From contig NC_043005.1 of NCBI RefSeq assembly GCF_006345805.1, forward strand, positions 16,864,001 through 16,928,000: DNA of 64,000 nucleotides. Reading direction: 5' to 3'. This stretch comes from Octopus sinensis (Eukaryota). The position numbers and the translations under genes were made by a program. Below, piece after piece: positions 25,592 to 36,826 of this stretch; the first letter of the stretch is position 1; every line of letters starts with the position of its first letter. The notes beneath the pieces are model-generated. The model was not told the DNA's origin. It ran no database searches and saw only the letters and a list, made by a program, of their open reading frames with translations.

Positions 25592-25916
25592 TTAGGATGA
25601 ATGTTGCTGTAATTTAGCCCCAGGAGACATTGTCTCCAGCTGGCTGTTACAACACGATCTGTGTCCTTATGTTTTCGATGAAGGATATTCAGCACACCCA
25701 CTCAGCTCAAAACAATATCTGTGTATTGCAATTACCAGGTTATTATTCTGTGCTGATAGTGGGAAACAAGCTGGAAATCGTGATCCACAGATATTGTTTT
25801 GAGCTGAATGGGGATGCTGAATATCCTTGTTCGAAAATATAAGGACACGGATCATGTCGTGCAGCCAGCTGGAGATGATGTCTCCAGGGGCTAAATTACA
25901 GCAACATTCGTCTTAA
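25592..25916. mobile_element. Fold-back MITE with about 145-bp terminal inverted repeats, inside a minus-strand family A SINE
   Basis: TTAGGATGAATGTTGCTGTAATTTAGCCCC...TCAGCTCAAAACAATATCTGTG and CACAGATATTGTTTTGAGCTGA...GGGGCTAAATTACAGCAACATTCGTCTTAA. Confidence 0.85.
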
Positions 25917-26165
25917 ACAAGGACTGCCATGTTATGTTGGCAAATAATCTTTACTCTAAAGTATAGTATTGTAGAAGACACTAGCCCAAGGTGCCACATA
26001 GTGGGACAGAACCTGGAATTGTGCAGTTGGGAAACGGGCTTCTTACCCACACAGCCACCCACTGAGGATCTCTGTAGAATAAATGATAGTAAAATGATAT
26101 AGATAGATTTGTAAAACATGTTATCAAAGAAGATGCACTAGCAGTGTGATGGTGGTGGTATCTTA

Positions 26166-26390
26166 GAGCTGGCAGAAACGTTAGCGCGCCGGGCGAGATG
26201 CTTAGCAGTATTTCGTCTGCCGCTACGTTCTGAGTTCAAATTCCGCCGAGGTCAACTTAGCCTTTCATCCTTTCGGGGTCAATAAATTAAGTACCAGTTA
26301 CGCACTGGGGTCGATATAATCGACTTAATCCGTTTGTTTGTCCTTGTTTGTCCTCTCTGTGTTTAGCCTCTTGTGGGTAGTAAAGAAATA
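26166..26390 (+). mobile_element. SINE family B, young copy with 9-bp TSD
   Basis: GAGCTGGCAGAAACGTTAGC head, GAGTTCAAATTCC B-box, GCCTTTCATCCTTTCGGGGTC body; flanked by GGTATCTTA at 26157-26165 and 26391-26399. Confidence 0.88.
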
Positions 26391-26396
26391 GGTATC

Positions 26397-26611
26397 TTAA
26401 CCATGTTTGTTACCAACCTGCCTAAGAACCCCTTCTTCCTTCTGGTTACATGATACAAACTTCCTATTTTAAAGTGATCTGAAAATTCCATATTAATTTA
26501 TCTTCTGAACTCCAGTTTAATAACAACGGTTATTTTTATTAAATTCTTCATTATCAAATTTGAAACAAAGGCAGCGTAATTTCAACAGAAATGTAATAAG
26601 AAAAGGGTTAA
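26397..26611. mobile_element. Diverged TTAA MITE related to family 1
   Basis: TTAACC...TTGTTACCAACC to GAAAAGGGTTAA. Confidence 0.65.
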
Positions 26612-27204
26612 TGTTTGTGTGATTGAGGAAATTTCTCTAAAACTGTCAGTATGCTGTAATGTCAATGTTTTTTATGTCACTTTTTTTATTTCCCCACCAC
26701 ATTGTCACCATATTCTTCCTTTCTCAAGTTCCATATTTTTTAATCATTCTTTTACATAAATTCCATTTCTGGCAAAAAAAAAAAAAAAAAAAAAACATTC
26801 CCTTTCTTTTAGTTCTTTATTAAAAACTTGTCTTATTTCTTTAAATAGTCATGTGACTTTTGTTGTCATTGTTGCTGCTGCGACTGCTCTTTTTTTATTT
26901 TCCTTAGCTTCCCTGTTATTCCCTCCTCTCCTCTCCTTTCTGTAGTCTTACTCTCCCATTATTTCGTCACCAATGACACATTCCCTAATACACACTCCCA
27001 CCTCTCTACCCAGAGAGAGAGAAATTGCTTTAATTGAATTATTTATCCCCAATTAACATTGAGAATGCTTTCAAAGTTAGCTTCTTTCTATTGTACAAAA
27101 AAAAAAAAAGAAATTAATTTATTTCCGTTTTTCATCATCGTAATTGTTATTAAATTACAAAAGTCAATTTTTTTTATTGTTGATTTCATTATTATTGTTA
27201 TTAG

Positions 27205-28117
27205 GAAGGCAAGCTGGTTGAATTGTTAGTGTGGGGATAAATAATTTACAGTATTTCTTCCAACTATAAGCATTCTTAGTTCAGATCTCTCTGGAGTCGG
27301 CTTTTCTTTTTATCCTTTCGGGGTCAATGAAAGTACCAGTCAAGTGTTGGAGTTGATAGTATCAATTAACCTCCCTCTCCTCCAAATTGCTGGCCTTGTA
27401 CCTAAATTAGAAACCATCATTATTTAATAAGAGTAAAAATTAATATTAAAAAGCATAATTAAAAAATGCCTGAGGTCTGTGAATTCTATTTAAATATAAA
27501 CAATAGGAAACCACTATGTGGATCCTTGTATGCTAGAAATAGACATCAAACTATCTTCCCACTAAATCTTGTTAATTTGAGATTTTGTGGTAAGACGGTT
27601 TGATGTCTATTTTTAGCATACAAGTGATCCACATAGTGATCTCTCCTATAGTTTACATTATTATTATTAGGGAAGTGAATTAGCCAAGTTTTGCTAGTGT
27701 CAGAATAAACACTGTGTAGAATTTCTTTCAACTCTATGCATTTTGAGTTCAAATTCCACCCAGGTTAACTTTGCCTTTTATCCCTCTGAGGTTGATAAAA
27801 ATAAAAGACCAATCATGTAGTACTGGGGTTCATGGCATTGACTAGCTCCCTCTCTTCAGAACTGCTGGCCTTGTACCTAAATCAGAAACTAATTATTAAA
27901 GATAAGGCAACAAGCTGGCAGAATCGTTAGCACACCGGCCAAAATGCTTAATTGCATTTTGTCTGTCTTTACATTCTCAGTTCAAATTCTGCTGCAGTCA
28001 ATTTTACTGTTCATCCTTTCGGGGTTGTTAAATTAAGTACCAGTTGAGTACTGGGGTTGATGTAATCAACTAGCTCCCACCCCTAAAATTCCAGGCCTTG
28101 TGCATATAGAAGAACGG

Positions 28118-28151
<34 letters not shown>

Positions 28152-28385
28152 ATATGGCAGTGAACTGGCTGAATCGTTAGCACGCTGAGCAAAAGTGCTT
28201 AGTGCCATTTTGTCCATCATTACATTCTGAGTTCAAATTCTTCTGAGGTCGACTTTGCCTTTCATCCTTTCGGGGTCGATGAAATAAGTACCAGCTGTGT
28301 ACTGGGGCTGATGTAATTGACTAGCCCCCTCCCCCAAAACTTCAGGCCTTGTGCCTAGAGTAGAAAGAATTATTATTATTATTAA
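27205..28385 (+). mobile_element. Cluster of four family B SINEs
   Basis: Copies near 27205, 27690, 27905 and 28155; the last three are head-to-tail and joined by ATT-rich tails. Confidence 0.78.
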
Positions 28386-28770
28386 AGATGATGGATGCTA
28401 GTATTAATAGAATACTGACTGCATAAAATGTCTGATTTTTCTGTGTTCCATTTGATGTGTACACTGCATTTAATGGGCAACCTGTTGCATTTGCCGTGTA
28501 CCCTGCATTCAGTTCTGTCATAGAATTGACAAACACTTGACCCGATATAAAAGTTAAGCAAATAAAAATTGAAGCAAGTTTTCTTTCCATTTATGGTTAG
28601 TATTTGAATGCACTTTGTACTATTACTTCAATGACTGCTACTGCAAGCCAACAAAACAAAAAAACAAAAACCAAAAAGATATCTACAAGGGTTGTCTATC
28701 CCGCTAGAAATAGCTATCAAATTGCCTTCAAGGTACAACCTACTGTCTCGAAAGGGACAAAATAGACTAT

Positions 28771-29001
28771 TTAACCCTTCTGATACAAACCTGGTTGAAA
28801 CTGCCTCTGGCTCTGTAGTACAAATGTCTTGTTATCATAAGTTTTGAATTAAAATCTTCTACCAAACTCTAGTCACAATTTATGTTCCTAACACTAGCTT
28901 AATGATATAAAGTTATTTTACTAAATTTGTTATATTTAAAATTAATTGGAAAAAAAAAAAACCGGAGCGTCTCAAAATAAATTTGGTAACAAAAGGGTTA
29001 A
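28771..29001. mobile_element. TTAA MITE, family 1
   Basis: TTAACCCTT ... AAAAGGGTTAA; body matches the 18134 copy. Confidence 0.85.
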
Positions 29002-29543
29002 TCCTTGATACACCAATGTCTGAGAAAAGCACTTGGATGGTCATTGATGGAATGCCAGCTAGAATGCCAAGACCATCAAGTGGTTGCAGCTCAGACTTGG
29101 TCCTGAAGATGTTAAGTCTGCTGGATCAAGGCTAACATGAAGTTATATGTCTCAAAGTAACTGTGTGGTTGTCTTTTACCAATATTACTCCAGAGGGTTT
29201 TATCAAATAAATCAACCCCAGTACTTTTATTTTTTGTTTATATCTGGTACTTAGTCTATCAGTTTCTTTTGTCTAACTGCTAAGTTATGGGAGCATAAGG
29301 AAATCAACACTGGATGTCAAGCAGGGATAAACACAGACGCACACACTCTCGCATGCAATAGACTTCCACAGAATTTCCATCTACCAAATTCACTCACAAG
29401 GTCCTAGTTGGCCTAGGGCTTTAATGAAAGATACTTACCCAGGGTGCCACATAGTGGAACTGAACCCAAGACCATGTAGTTGCAAAGAGAGATTCCTAAC
29501 CAGTGCTTATGCTATATATTGTGTATGTGTGTGTGTGTGTGTG

Positions 29544-29840
29544 AAGGCACATGGCTTAGTGGTTAGGGTGCTGCACTCATGATTGCAACATTGTGGGTTT
29601 GATTCTCAGACCAGGTATTGCATTGTGTTCTTGAGCAAAGCACTTCATTTCACGTTGCTCTGTGATCATTTCGACACCTGACATGTGGCACCCATTGCAC
29701 CTGTACAGGTAATGTCGATTTGATGGAGAAAGTGAGCTTATGTCTAGACAAACATTTGATCACTAAACAAATCATCTGTGTGGTTGTTCAGTAAGAAGCT
29801 GTTGAACCCTCATACATTGTCTAATGACGGGAAAATCCCT
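29544..29840 (+). mobile_element. tRNA-derived SINE (family D-related head)
   Basis: GGCACATGGCTTAGTGGTTAGGG...GGTTTGATTCTCAGACC...TTGTGTTCTTGAGCAAAGCACTTCATTTCAC. Confidence 0.7.
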
Positions 29841-29847
29841 TATATAC

Positions 29848-30060
29848 ATCATCATCGTTTAACGTCCGTTTTCCACGCTAGCACGGGTTGGACGGTTCGA
29901 CCGGGGTCTGGGAAGCCAGGAGGCTGCACCAGGCTCCAGTCTGATCTGGCAGTTTCTACAGCTGGATGCCCTTCCTAACGCCAACCACTCCGCGAGTGTA
30001 GTGAGTGCTTTTTACGTGCCACCGGCACGGAAGCCAGCCAAGGCGGCGCTGGCAATGACC
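29848..30060 (-). mobile_element. Family C retroposon
   Basis: CATCATCATCGTTTAACGTCCG...GGATGCCCTTCCTAACGCCAACC...TTTTACGTGCCACC. Confidence 0.85.
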
Positions 30061-30084
30061 TAATATATATATATATTATATATA

Positions 30085-30121
<37 letters not shown>

Positions 30122-30124
<3 letters not shown>

Positions 30125-30362
30125 ATAAAACGGTAAGATAACAAAAGAAAGAAAGAGACCTCAATATTATGTAAATAAAGGAAATTATCTATACAATATG
30201 TTACATTACTCGGTAGTCAAGATAAAACTCTGAGTTTCAGATGCCGAAGTGGAAATCCACACGCCATCTCTTCGGTTATCTGGCGTTGTGGATTTCCACT
30301 TTGGCATCTGAAACTCGGAGTTTTATCTTCACTACCGAGTAATGTAACATATTGTATAGATA
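30122..30362 (-). mobile_element. (TA)n-inserted fold-back element with hammerhead motif, family H2
   Basis: About 80-bp inverted arms (30186-30266 and 30281-30362), a 64-bp unique tail, flanked by (TA)n and (TATAGA)n. Confidence 0.85.
30220..30281 (-). ncRNA. Hammerhead ribozyme-like motif (variant core)
   Basis: Minus strand AGATAA-CCGAAGA-GATGGCGTGTGGATTTCCACTTCGGCATC-T-GAAA-CTCAGAG-TT-TTATCT. 6-bp stem I, GATG/CATC stem II, core CCGAAGA instead of CUGANGA. Confidence 0.6.
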
Positions 30363-31122
30363 TAGATATATATAGATATATATAGATATATATAGATATA
30401 TATAGATATATATAGATATATATAGATATATATATATAGATATATATATAATATATATATATAATATATATATATATTTATTTTATTATATATTATTTTT
30501 ATATGGTAATTCATCTTCATCAGTGATTCTGTTTCTCCTGTAACCTATAGCTTGCTTAGCATATGTTTAATGGAATATTTACTTGTACTTCGTATCAAAA
30601 ATACTTCAATAAGAAAAAAGCAAATGGCAAAAGTGTTGCAAAAAAAAAAAAGTAAAATAATTTTGCTTTGTTATTATATAAAAAAAAAATGGTTTGTACA
30701 GCTCCAGTAGTTTCTGAGAAACTAGAATGGAGACTGAAGTGATCAATCAAGAAAACAAACTATATTAAAATTGTAGCACTTAATTATTTCATGTTTCGAT
30801 TTGTTACATGGATGGATGGATGGTGGTGGTTGGAAATGATGGTGATTAGCTGAATAGAAATATTGTTCTGAACATGAATATTCAAAGTATGATAATGTTT
30901 ATTCAGCCCCAGACTGGCTCTGATCGAGTAGAAATAAGATCAAAGGGGTTCCATCTGTGGCCATTCTGTATATTTTCTCTTTCAGTTACATCTAAAACCA
31001 CATTATAACATGTTCTTCCCTCTTTAAGATGGTGGGGTAGCATTTTAGAGATTTATTTAACTGCTTTTTCTGTCAGGTCTGATAACTATTCAGAGATTCC
31101 CTTACAGTAATCCCTTGTCATA

Positions 31123-32240
31123 TTGCAGTTCACCTGTCATGCACTCGGTGCATTGCGGTTCGCCTGTCGTGCACTCAGTGCATTGCGGTTCGCCTGTCGT
31201 GCACTCAGTGCATTGCGGTTCGCCTGTCGTGCACTCAGTGCATTGCGGATCGCCTGTCGTGCACTCAGTGCATTGCGGATCGCATGTCGTGCACTCAGTG
31301 CATTGCGGATCGCATGTCGTGCACTCAGTGCATTGCGGTTCGCCTGTCGTGCACTCAGTGCATTGCGGTTCGTCTGTCGTGCACTCAGTGCATTGCGGTT
31401 CGTCTGTCGTGCACTCAGTGCATTGCGGTTCGCCTGTCGTGCACTCAGTGCATTGCGGTTCGCCTGTCGTGCACTCAGTGCATTGCGGTTCGCCTGTCGT
31501 GCACTCAGTGCATTGCGGTTCGCCTGTCGTGCACTCAGTGCATTGCGGTTCGCCTGTCGTGCACTCAGTGCATTGCGGTTCGCCTGTCGTGCACTCAGTG
31601 CATTGCGGTTCGCCTGTCGTGCACTCAGTGCATTGCGGTTCGCCTGTCGTGCACTCAGTGCATTGCGGTTCGCCTGTCGTGCACTCAGTGCATTGCGGTT
31701 CGCCTGTCGTGCACTCAGTGCATTGCGGTTCGCCTGTCGTGCACTCAGTGCATTGCGGTTCGCCTGTCGTGCACTCAGTGCATTGCGGTTCGCCTGTCGT
31801 GCACTCAGTGCATTGCGGTTCGCCTGTCGTGCACTCAGTGCATTGCGGTTCGCCTGTCGTGCACTCAGTGCATTGCGGTTCGCCTGTCGTGCACTCAGTG
31901 CATTGCGGTTCGCCTGTCGTGCACTCAGTGCATTGCGGTTCGCCTGTCGTGCACTCAGTGCATTGTGGTTCGCCTGTCGTGCACTCAGTGCATTGCGGTT
32001 TGCCTGTCGTGCACTCAGTGCATTGCGGTTCGCCTGTCGTGCACTCAGTGCATTGCGGATCGCCTGTCGTGCACTGTCATGCACCTGTGCATTGGGGTAC
32101 ACCTGTGCATTGGGGTACACCTGTCAGGCTCTCAGTGCATCGCGGATCGCCTGTCTCATGCCCAGTGCATCGCAGTTCACCTGTTGTGCACCTAATGCAT
32201 CGCAGTTCACCTGTTGTGCACCTAATGCATCGCAGTTCAG
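31123..32240. repeat. 30-bp GC-rich minisatellite (GCACTCAGTGCATTGCGGTTCGCCTGTCGT)n
   Basis: 31 near-identical units at 31141-32070 with degenerate flanking units; 60% GC, three CpG per unit. Confidence 0.98.
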
Positions 32241-32591
32241 TACATTGCATATTTTTCTGGCTAATATATGTAAATTTATATTGCAGATTCCTCAGTATAT
32301 CAGATTTCTGTTGTCGATAGATATTTATATTTTTTAATATTTTAATTATTTCTGTGGGAGGTTTTGGAATGTAACACTTGTGACAGTCATGGGATTACTG
32401 TAGTTTAATGTATATATGCAGAGCTCAAGATACCAGACATTGAAAATGAATTCTATAGAGAAATGGTTATCATAGTGAGGTTGAGACTTGAGGAATATAA
32501 ATGTAGAAATGCAAGAATTAAGTGGATGTTACCGAATACCCTTTATTCTTATTAATACTGAATCATTTGTTTTTGTCTTTTAACTTTACAG

Positions 32592-32704
32592 ATGAGAGGA
32601 AACTGGCTGAGAATGAGTTACCACTGGTAATCCAACTGAACTGGGGCACTGATATGAGAGATGGACGTTTCTTACTGAAATGTGAAAATGCAATAACTGC
32701 AAAG
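32592..32704 (+). CDS. AFDN: Afadin/canoe coding exon (end of RA1 domain)
   Basis: TTTACAG acceptor and AAG|GTGAGT donor, 113 nt. Translates (D)ERKLAENELPLVIQLNWGTDMRDGRFLLKCENAITAK, matching afadin ERRLDIDEKPLVVQLNWNKDDREGRFVLKNEN. Ends in phase 0. Confidence 0.95.
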
Positions 32705-32942
32705 GTGAGTGGGTAGTGTCATGTTTGGATAACTCTTCTTAGCTTTTTTTTACCTTTTACTTATTTCAGTCATTCAACTGTCTGTGGCCGTGCTGGGGCA
32801 CCACCTTGAAGAATCTTAGTTCATTGAATCGACTCCAGTACTATTTTTAAAGTCTGGTATTTATTCTGTCGGTCTTTTTTGCCAAACTGCTAAGTTAAAG
32901 ATGTAAACACACCACCATTGGTTGTCAAGCAGGTGGGGACAA

Positions 32943-32975
<33 letters not shown>

Positions 32976-33192
32976 CTTTATTAAAAAGCAGCAAAAATAT
33001 CATAAAAACTGTTACTCAGTTTCACATGTCTGTTCGTCAGACAGTTTTGCTTAGAAACTGTCTGACAAACGGAAACTCTGAGTAACAGTTTTTTGTGATA
33101 TTTTTGCTGCTTTTTAATAAAGTATATTACTCTACCTCTGGTATTCGAGTACTATTTTTCCTACCTTGTTTTGCATTTATGTGCTTACTCTG

Positions 33193-33193
<1 letters not shown>
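32976..33193 (+). mobile_element. (TA)n-inserted hammerhead/fold-back element, family H1
   Basis: Inverted arms 32976-33048 and 33055-33122, AATAAA, then a unique tail ending TTTATGTGCTTACTCTGG; homologous to the 21912 and 39806 copies. Confidence 0.88.
33005..33048 (-). ncRNA. Minimal type I hammerhead ribozyme with canonical core
   Basis: Minus strand AAAACTGT-CTGACGA-ACA(GACA)TGT-GAAA-CTGAG-TA-ACAGTTTT. 8-bp stem I, 3-bp stem II, very short stem III, GUA cleavage triplet. Confidence 0.75.
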
Positions 33194-33224
<31 letters not shown>

Positions 33225-34184
33225 GACAGACTTCTTCCATCTTCTGTCTACCGAATCCACTCACAAGACTTTGGTCAACCCAGGGCTATGGTAGAAGATG
33301 CCCAAGGTGTCACACTATGGGACTGAACCCAGAACCATGTGATTGGGAAGCAAGCTTCTTACCACACTGCCATACCTGCACTTAGTGCCTTTTAAAATTT
33401 TTTGTTTTGATTTTTCTTTTTGTTCATTGTTTTTCATCAATATATTTTTTTAGGTGTCTTGAGTGAAACAATATCATCTCATATATTGTTCATAATTAGT
33501 AGAACTAATGTGTGTGTACACTCATGGTGTTTACTGTTTCATGGTATGAAGCAGATAAAATGAATGTTTCCTGAGATTGTCTGATAGTCTGTTGCAAGTC
33601 ACAGGGTGTTGACATGGTTGTGGTTTGGCTCTGCATTTGACCTCACAGGATGATGATACCTTTGGCATGCATTTTCTATCATAGTCTCAAATTAACCAAA
33701 GTTTTGTTGTGGAAACTGAATAAATGGAAATAGTGGAAGCCCATTGGATGCGATGTAGCTCTTCTTGGGTGATAAACTTAATTCACTGTCCTGCTGTACC
33801 CCTGGGTGCCTTTAGTAGATGTGAGGTTAAATGCAGTAGACAGAGTTCACTTCTATTGCAAATATTTAGATCAGGTTTTAAATGTTTTCCTCCCTGTCTT
33901 GGAGTACTTGCAATACTGTCATGTATATTGCCACTGTTGTCACCACCACCATCACCACCACTGCTGTCACCATTAACATCATGATTTCTACATCCTCTTT
34001 TCAGCTTGTATGCTTTGAGCAAGTCCTCTCCAACAGCATCCCATCATTTGTTGCCTTCTTTTGTCATGTAATTTGTGAGGCCCACCTTCTTGAGATTGGC
34101 TTTCACTTCTGTTGATGGTCTCTTTTGGACATTCTCTCTTTGGATATTCAGAAGATTTCAATTTCTGACACTCACATCCAACCT

Positions 34185-34396
34185 TTAACCCTTTTGTTAC
34201 CAACCTGGCTGAAACCGCCTCTGGCTCTGTAGCATAAATGTCTTGTTTTCATAAGTTTTTTAAGTAAAATCTTCCACCAAACCTTAGTCACAATTTATGT
34301 TCTTAACACTAGCTGAATGATAACTAAGTTATTTTACTAAAATAATTGAGAGAAACACAGAGCATCTCAAAATAAATACAGTAACGAAAGGGTTAA
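34185..34396. mobile_element. TTAA MITE, family 1
   Basis: TTAACCCTTTTGTTAC ... GTAACGAAAGGGTTAA. Confidence 0.88.
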
Positions 34397-35259
34397 GTAC
34401 CTGACTTTCGATCTTATTTCCAATTTCTTCTTTTCTGTTGTAATTCCATCCACATTTAGAATTCTTTTAGATTACAAACTAACCTCAGTTCATGATTGGT
34501 ACTTTTTCATTACCAACTTTAGAAGGAACATGGACTGTAGCTAAATACCAGCAGGCATTTTGTCTGTGCTAATCCATATCCATTTGAATTCTGAGTTCAA
34601 ATCCCAGAGTGGATGACTTTACTCTTCATTGTTCTGAGATTGTTAAAATAGAATATCACTCAGGTACTGGGGCCTATTTATTCTATTGTAATCTTTCAAA
34701 TGTGTGAGCTTGTGCTTATTTTAGAAAGTATTAGTTGTCAGTCATATCACAAAAATGCCTTAAGCGAATTAAATATAGACACAGATTGCTGTAGTTAAAT
34801 AGCCTTCAGTAATTCCAACGCTTCTATAACAGTCCTCATCATCCTGAACATCATTAGAGAAATTCTAATTTTCAGATAATTATGTACCATGTAATGAGTG
34901 TAATGATTGTGGAAGTGGGAAGAACTGCAAGCCAACTGGAACTAGAAATCAAGATCTTGTCACTTCACATAAAAACCAAGTGATTTTCTGTTGGAATTAA
35001 GATAAATGGTTACAACCAGCTTCACTTACCAAATTAATTTTCTTATTTGCTCATATATTTGCTTTGCAAAAGATCTGACAGTGTATGTCTGTGCTCTTGT
35101 TAGTAGTTTACTCATGAATGCAATTATGAGCTGGTGTATGGACATTTTATTGTGTATGTGTGCACCAGAAGAAGAATAGTATATGTGGAGCATTTTGTTT
35201 TGAGTACAGAAAGCCTTTTCTGCTTGGTGGATGAAACTACCTCAAATTGGTAATTAGGA

Positions 35260-35430
35260 TGACTGGAAGAACCTACTTCCAAGGGGTGACTAGAATGGTA
35301 AATAGAACTTGACTGGAAGAACCTACTTCCAATGGGTGACTAGAATGGTAAATAGAACCTATTTCCAAGAAGTGGTTAAGATGGTAGGCAGACAACCTAT
35401 TTTCAAAGGGTGGTCAGAATGACAGACAAA
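35260..35430. repeat. Short tandem repeat of a unit of about 50 bp
   Basis: GACTGGAAGAACCTACTTCCAAKGGGTGACTAGAATGGTAAATAGAAC twice, plus two degenerate partial units. Confidence 0.75.
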
Positions 35431-36474
35431 TAGATATGTACATAGAACTGTAAAATGGTTGGCATTAGGAACAGCATCCAGACATAGAAATCATGCCAAA
35501 GCAGACAGAACTTGGCACAGTCCCCTAACTCACTGACTTTTGTCAAACTTTCCAACCCATGCTAGGGTGGAAATGATGCCTCACCCCCTTGGTGATTTGT
35601 TAGTCCATCTCTCATTCACTGACACCTTTTGTCTACCTTCTGCCATCCATCTCTCTCTCAGCCTCTATCCTCTTTAGTGCTGGTGCCATGAGAAAATGTA
35701 CTCAGTGCACTTGGGAGGACCACTTGGTCTTCCCAAAGAAGTGACAATTTCCCTAGTGCTTGTGATATGTGAAAATTCACCCAGTATGAGAATTGGTTGG
35801 ATTTAGGAAGGGTGTCCAGCTGCAGAAACCGAAACCAAACCCAAATTGAAGTTTATGAATAATACGTGAACTTCTGACCTATTTCGGAGAGTAGCAACAA
35901 CTCATCTAACCCATACCAGCATAGAAAGCTGATTTAAACTTTTGTTCTAGAAACATGGAGTATGTAAATGAAACCCCTCTTCCGCATTGTTTTATCTTGG
36001 TACACATATGTATCCCCACATATACCCACACATATATATTTGGGTTGAGTTCTGTATCTGTTGACACATGCATCTATTCATTAGCAGCATAAAATCTCAT
36101 TTCTTCATTTAATTAAAATCCATTATTTTCTTAAACCTTCTTAGGGAAAACTTGAATGTGGTTGTAACATTTATGATTTTCTGGTCATGGCTAGTTATAC
36201 AAGTGAAGTTGAATAACAACTACAACCATGAAATGAAACTGGGTCAGGAAGTGACCTCTATGGTTCTAACCAATTTGTATTAAGTATCTGTAAATACAGT
36301 TACCTCTTTCTCATCACAAAAGTCACTGTTGTAGAAGAAAGACTCCCCAACTCTAGCACTACTCATCTTTATTTCATCATAATCCTGTTTCTCTCCATTG
36401 AATCATCATGTCTAGTTGGTGTGCTTGATTTTCTATGTCATCTCTTTATGTATCTGGTTCTGGGTTGTCATGTG

Positions 36475-36825
36475 ATCATCATCATCATCATTTAGCGTCC
36501 ACTTTCCATGCTAGCATGGGTTGGACGGTTCAACTGGGGTCTGGGAAGCCAGAAGGCTGCACCAGGCCCAGTCTGATCTGGCAGTGTTTCTCCGGCTGGA
36601 TGCCCTTCCTAACGCCAACCACTCCGTGAGTGTAGTGGGTGCTTTTTACGAGCCACCCACACAGGTGCCAGACGGAGCTGGCAACGGCCATGAACGGACG
36701 GTGCTTTTTACGTGCCACCGGCACGAGGCCAATCGGGGCGGCGCTGGCAACGGCCACGTTCGGATGGTTTTCTTACGTGCCACCGGCACTGGTAACTCAG
36801 CTGCAATTTCCATTGATCGATTCTG
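36475..36825 (-). mobile_element. Family C retroposon
   Basis: (CAT)n, shared 3' end, tandem TTTTACGTGCCACC units. Confidence 0.87.
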
Positions 36826-36826
36826 A

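Larger units (their letters stand above)
32755..33380 (-). mobile_element. Family A SINE carrying an H1 element in its microsatellite
   Basis: Tail 32755-32945, insert 32976-33193, head 33225-33380; starts about 50 bp after the afadin exon donor. Confidence 0.82.

Noticed and set aside
31115-32337. ORFs of 300-400 aa with 10-aa repeats, and a CRISPR-like 30-bp period
   Set aside because: Pure tandem repeat with no spacers, open in several frames on both strands, and no cas genes in an animal intron.
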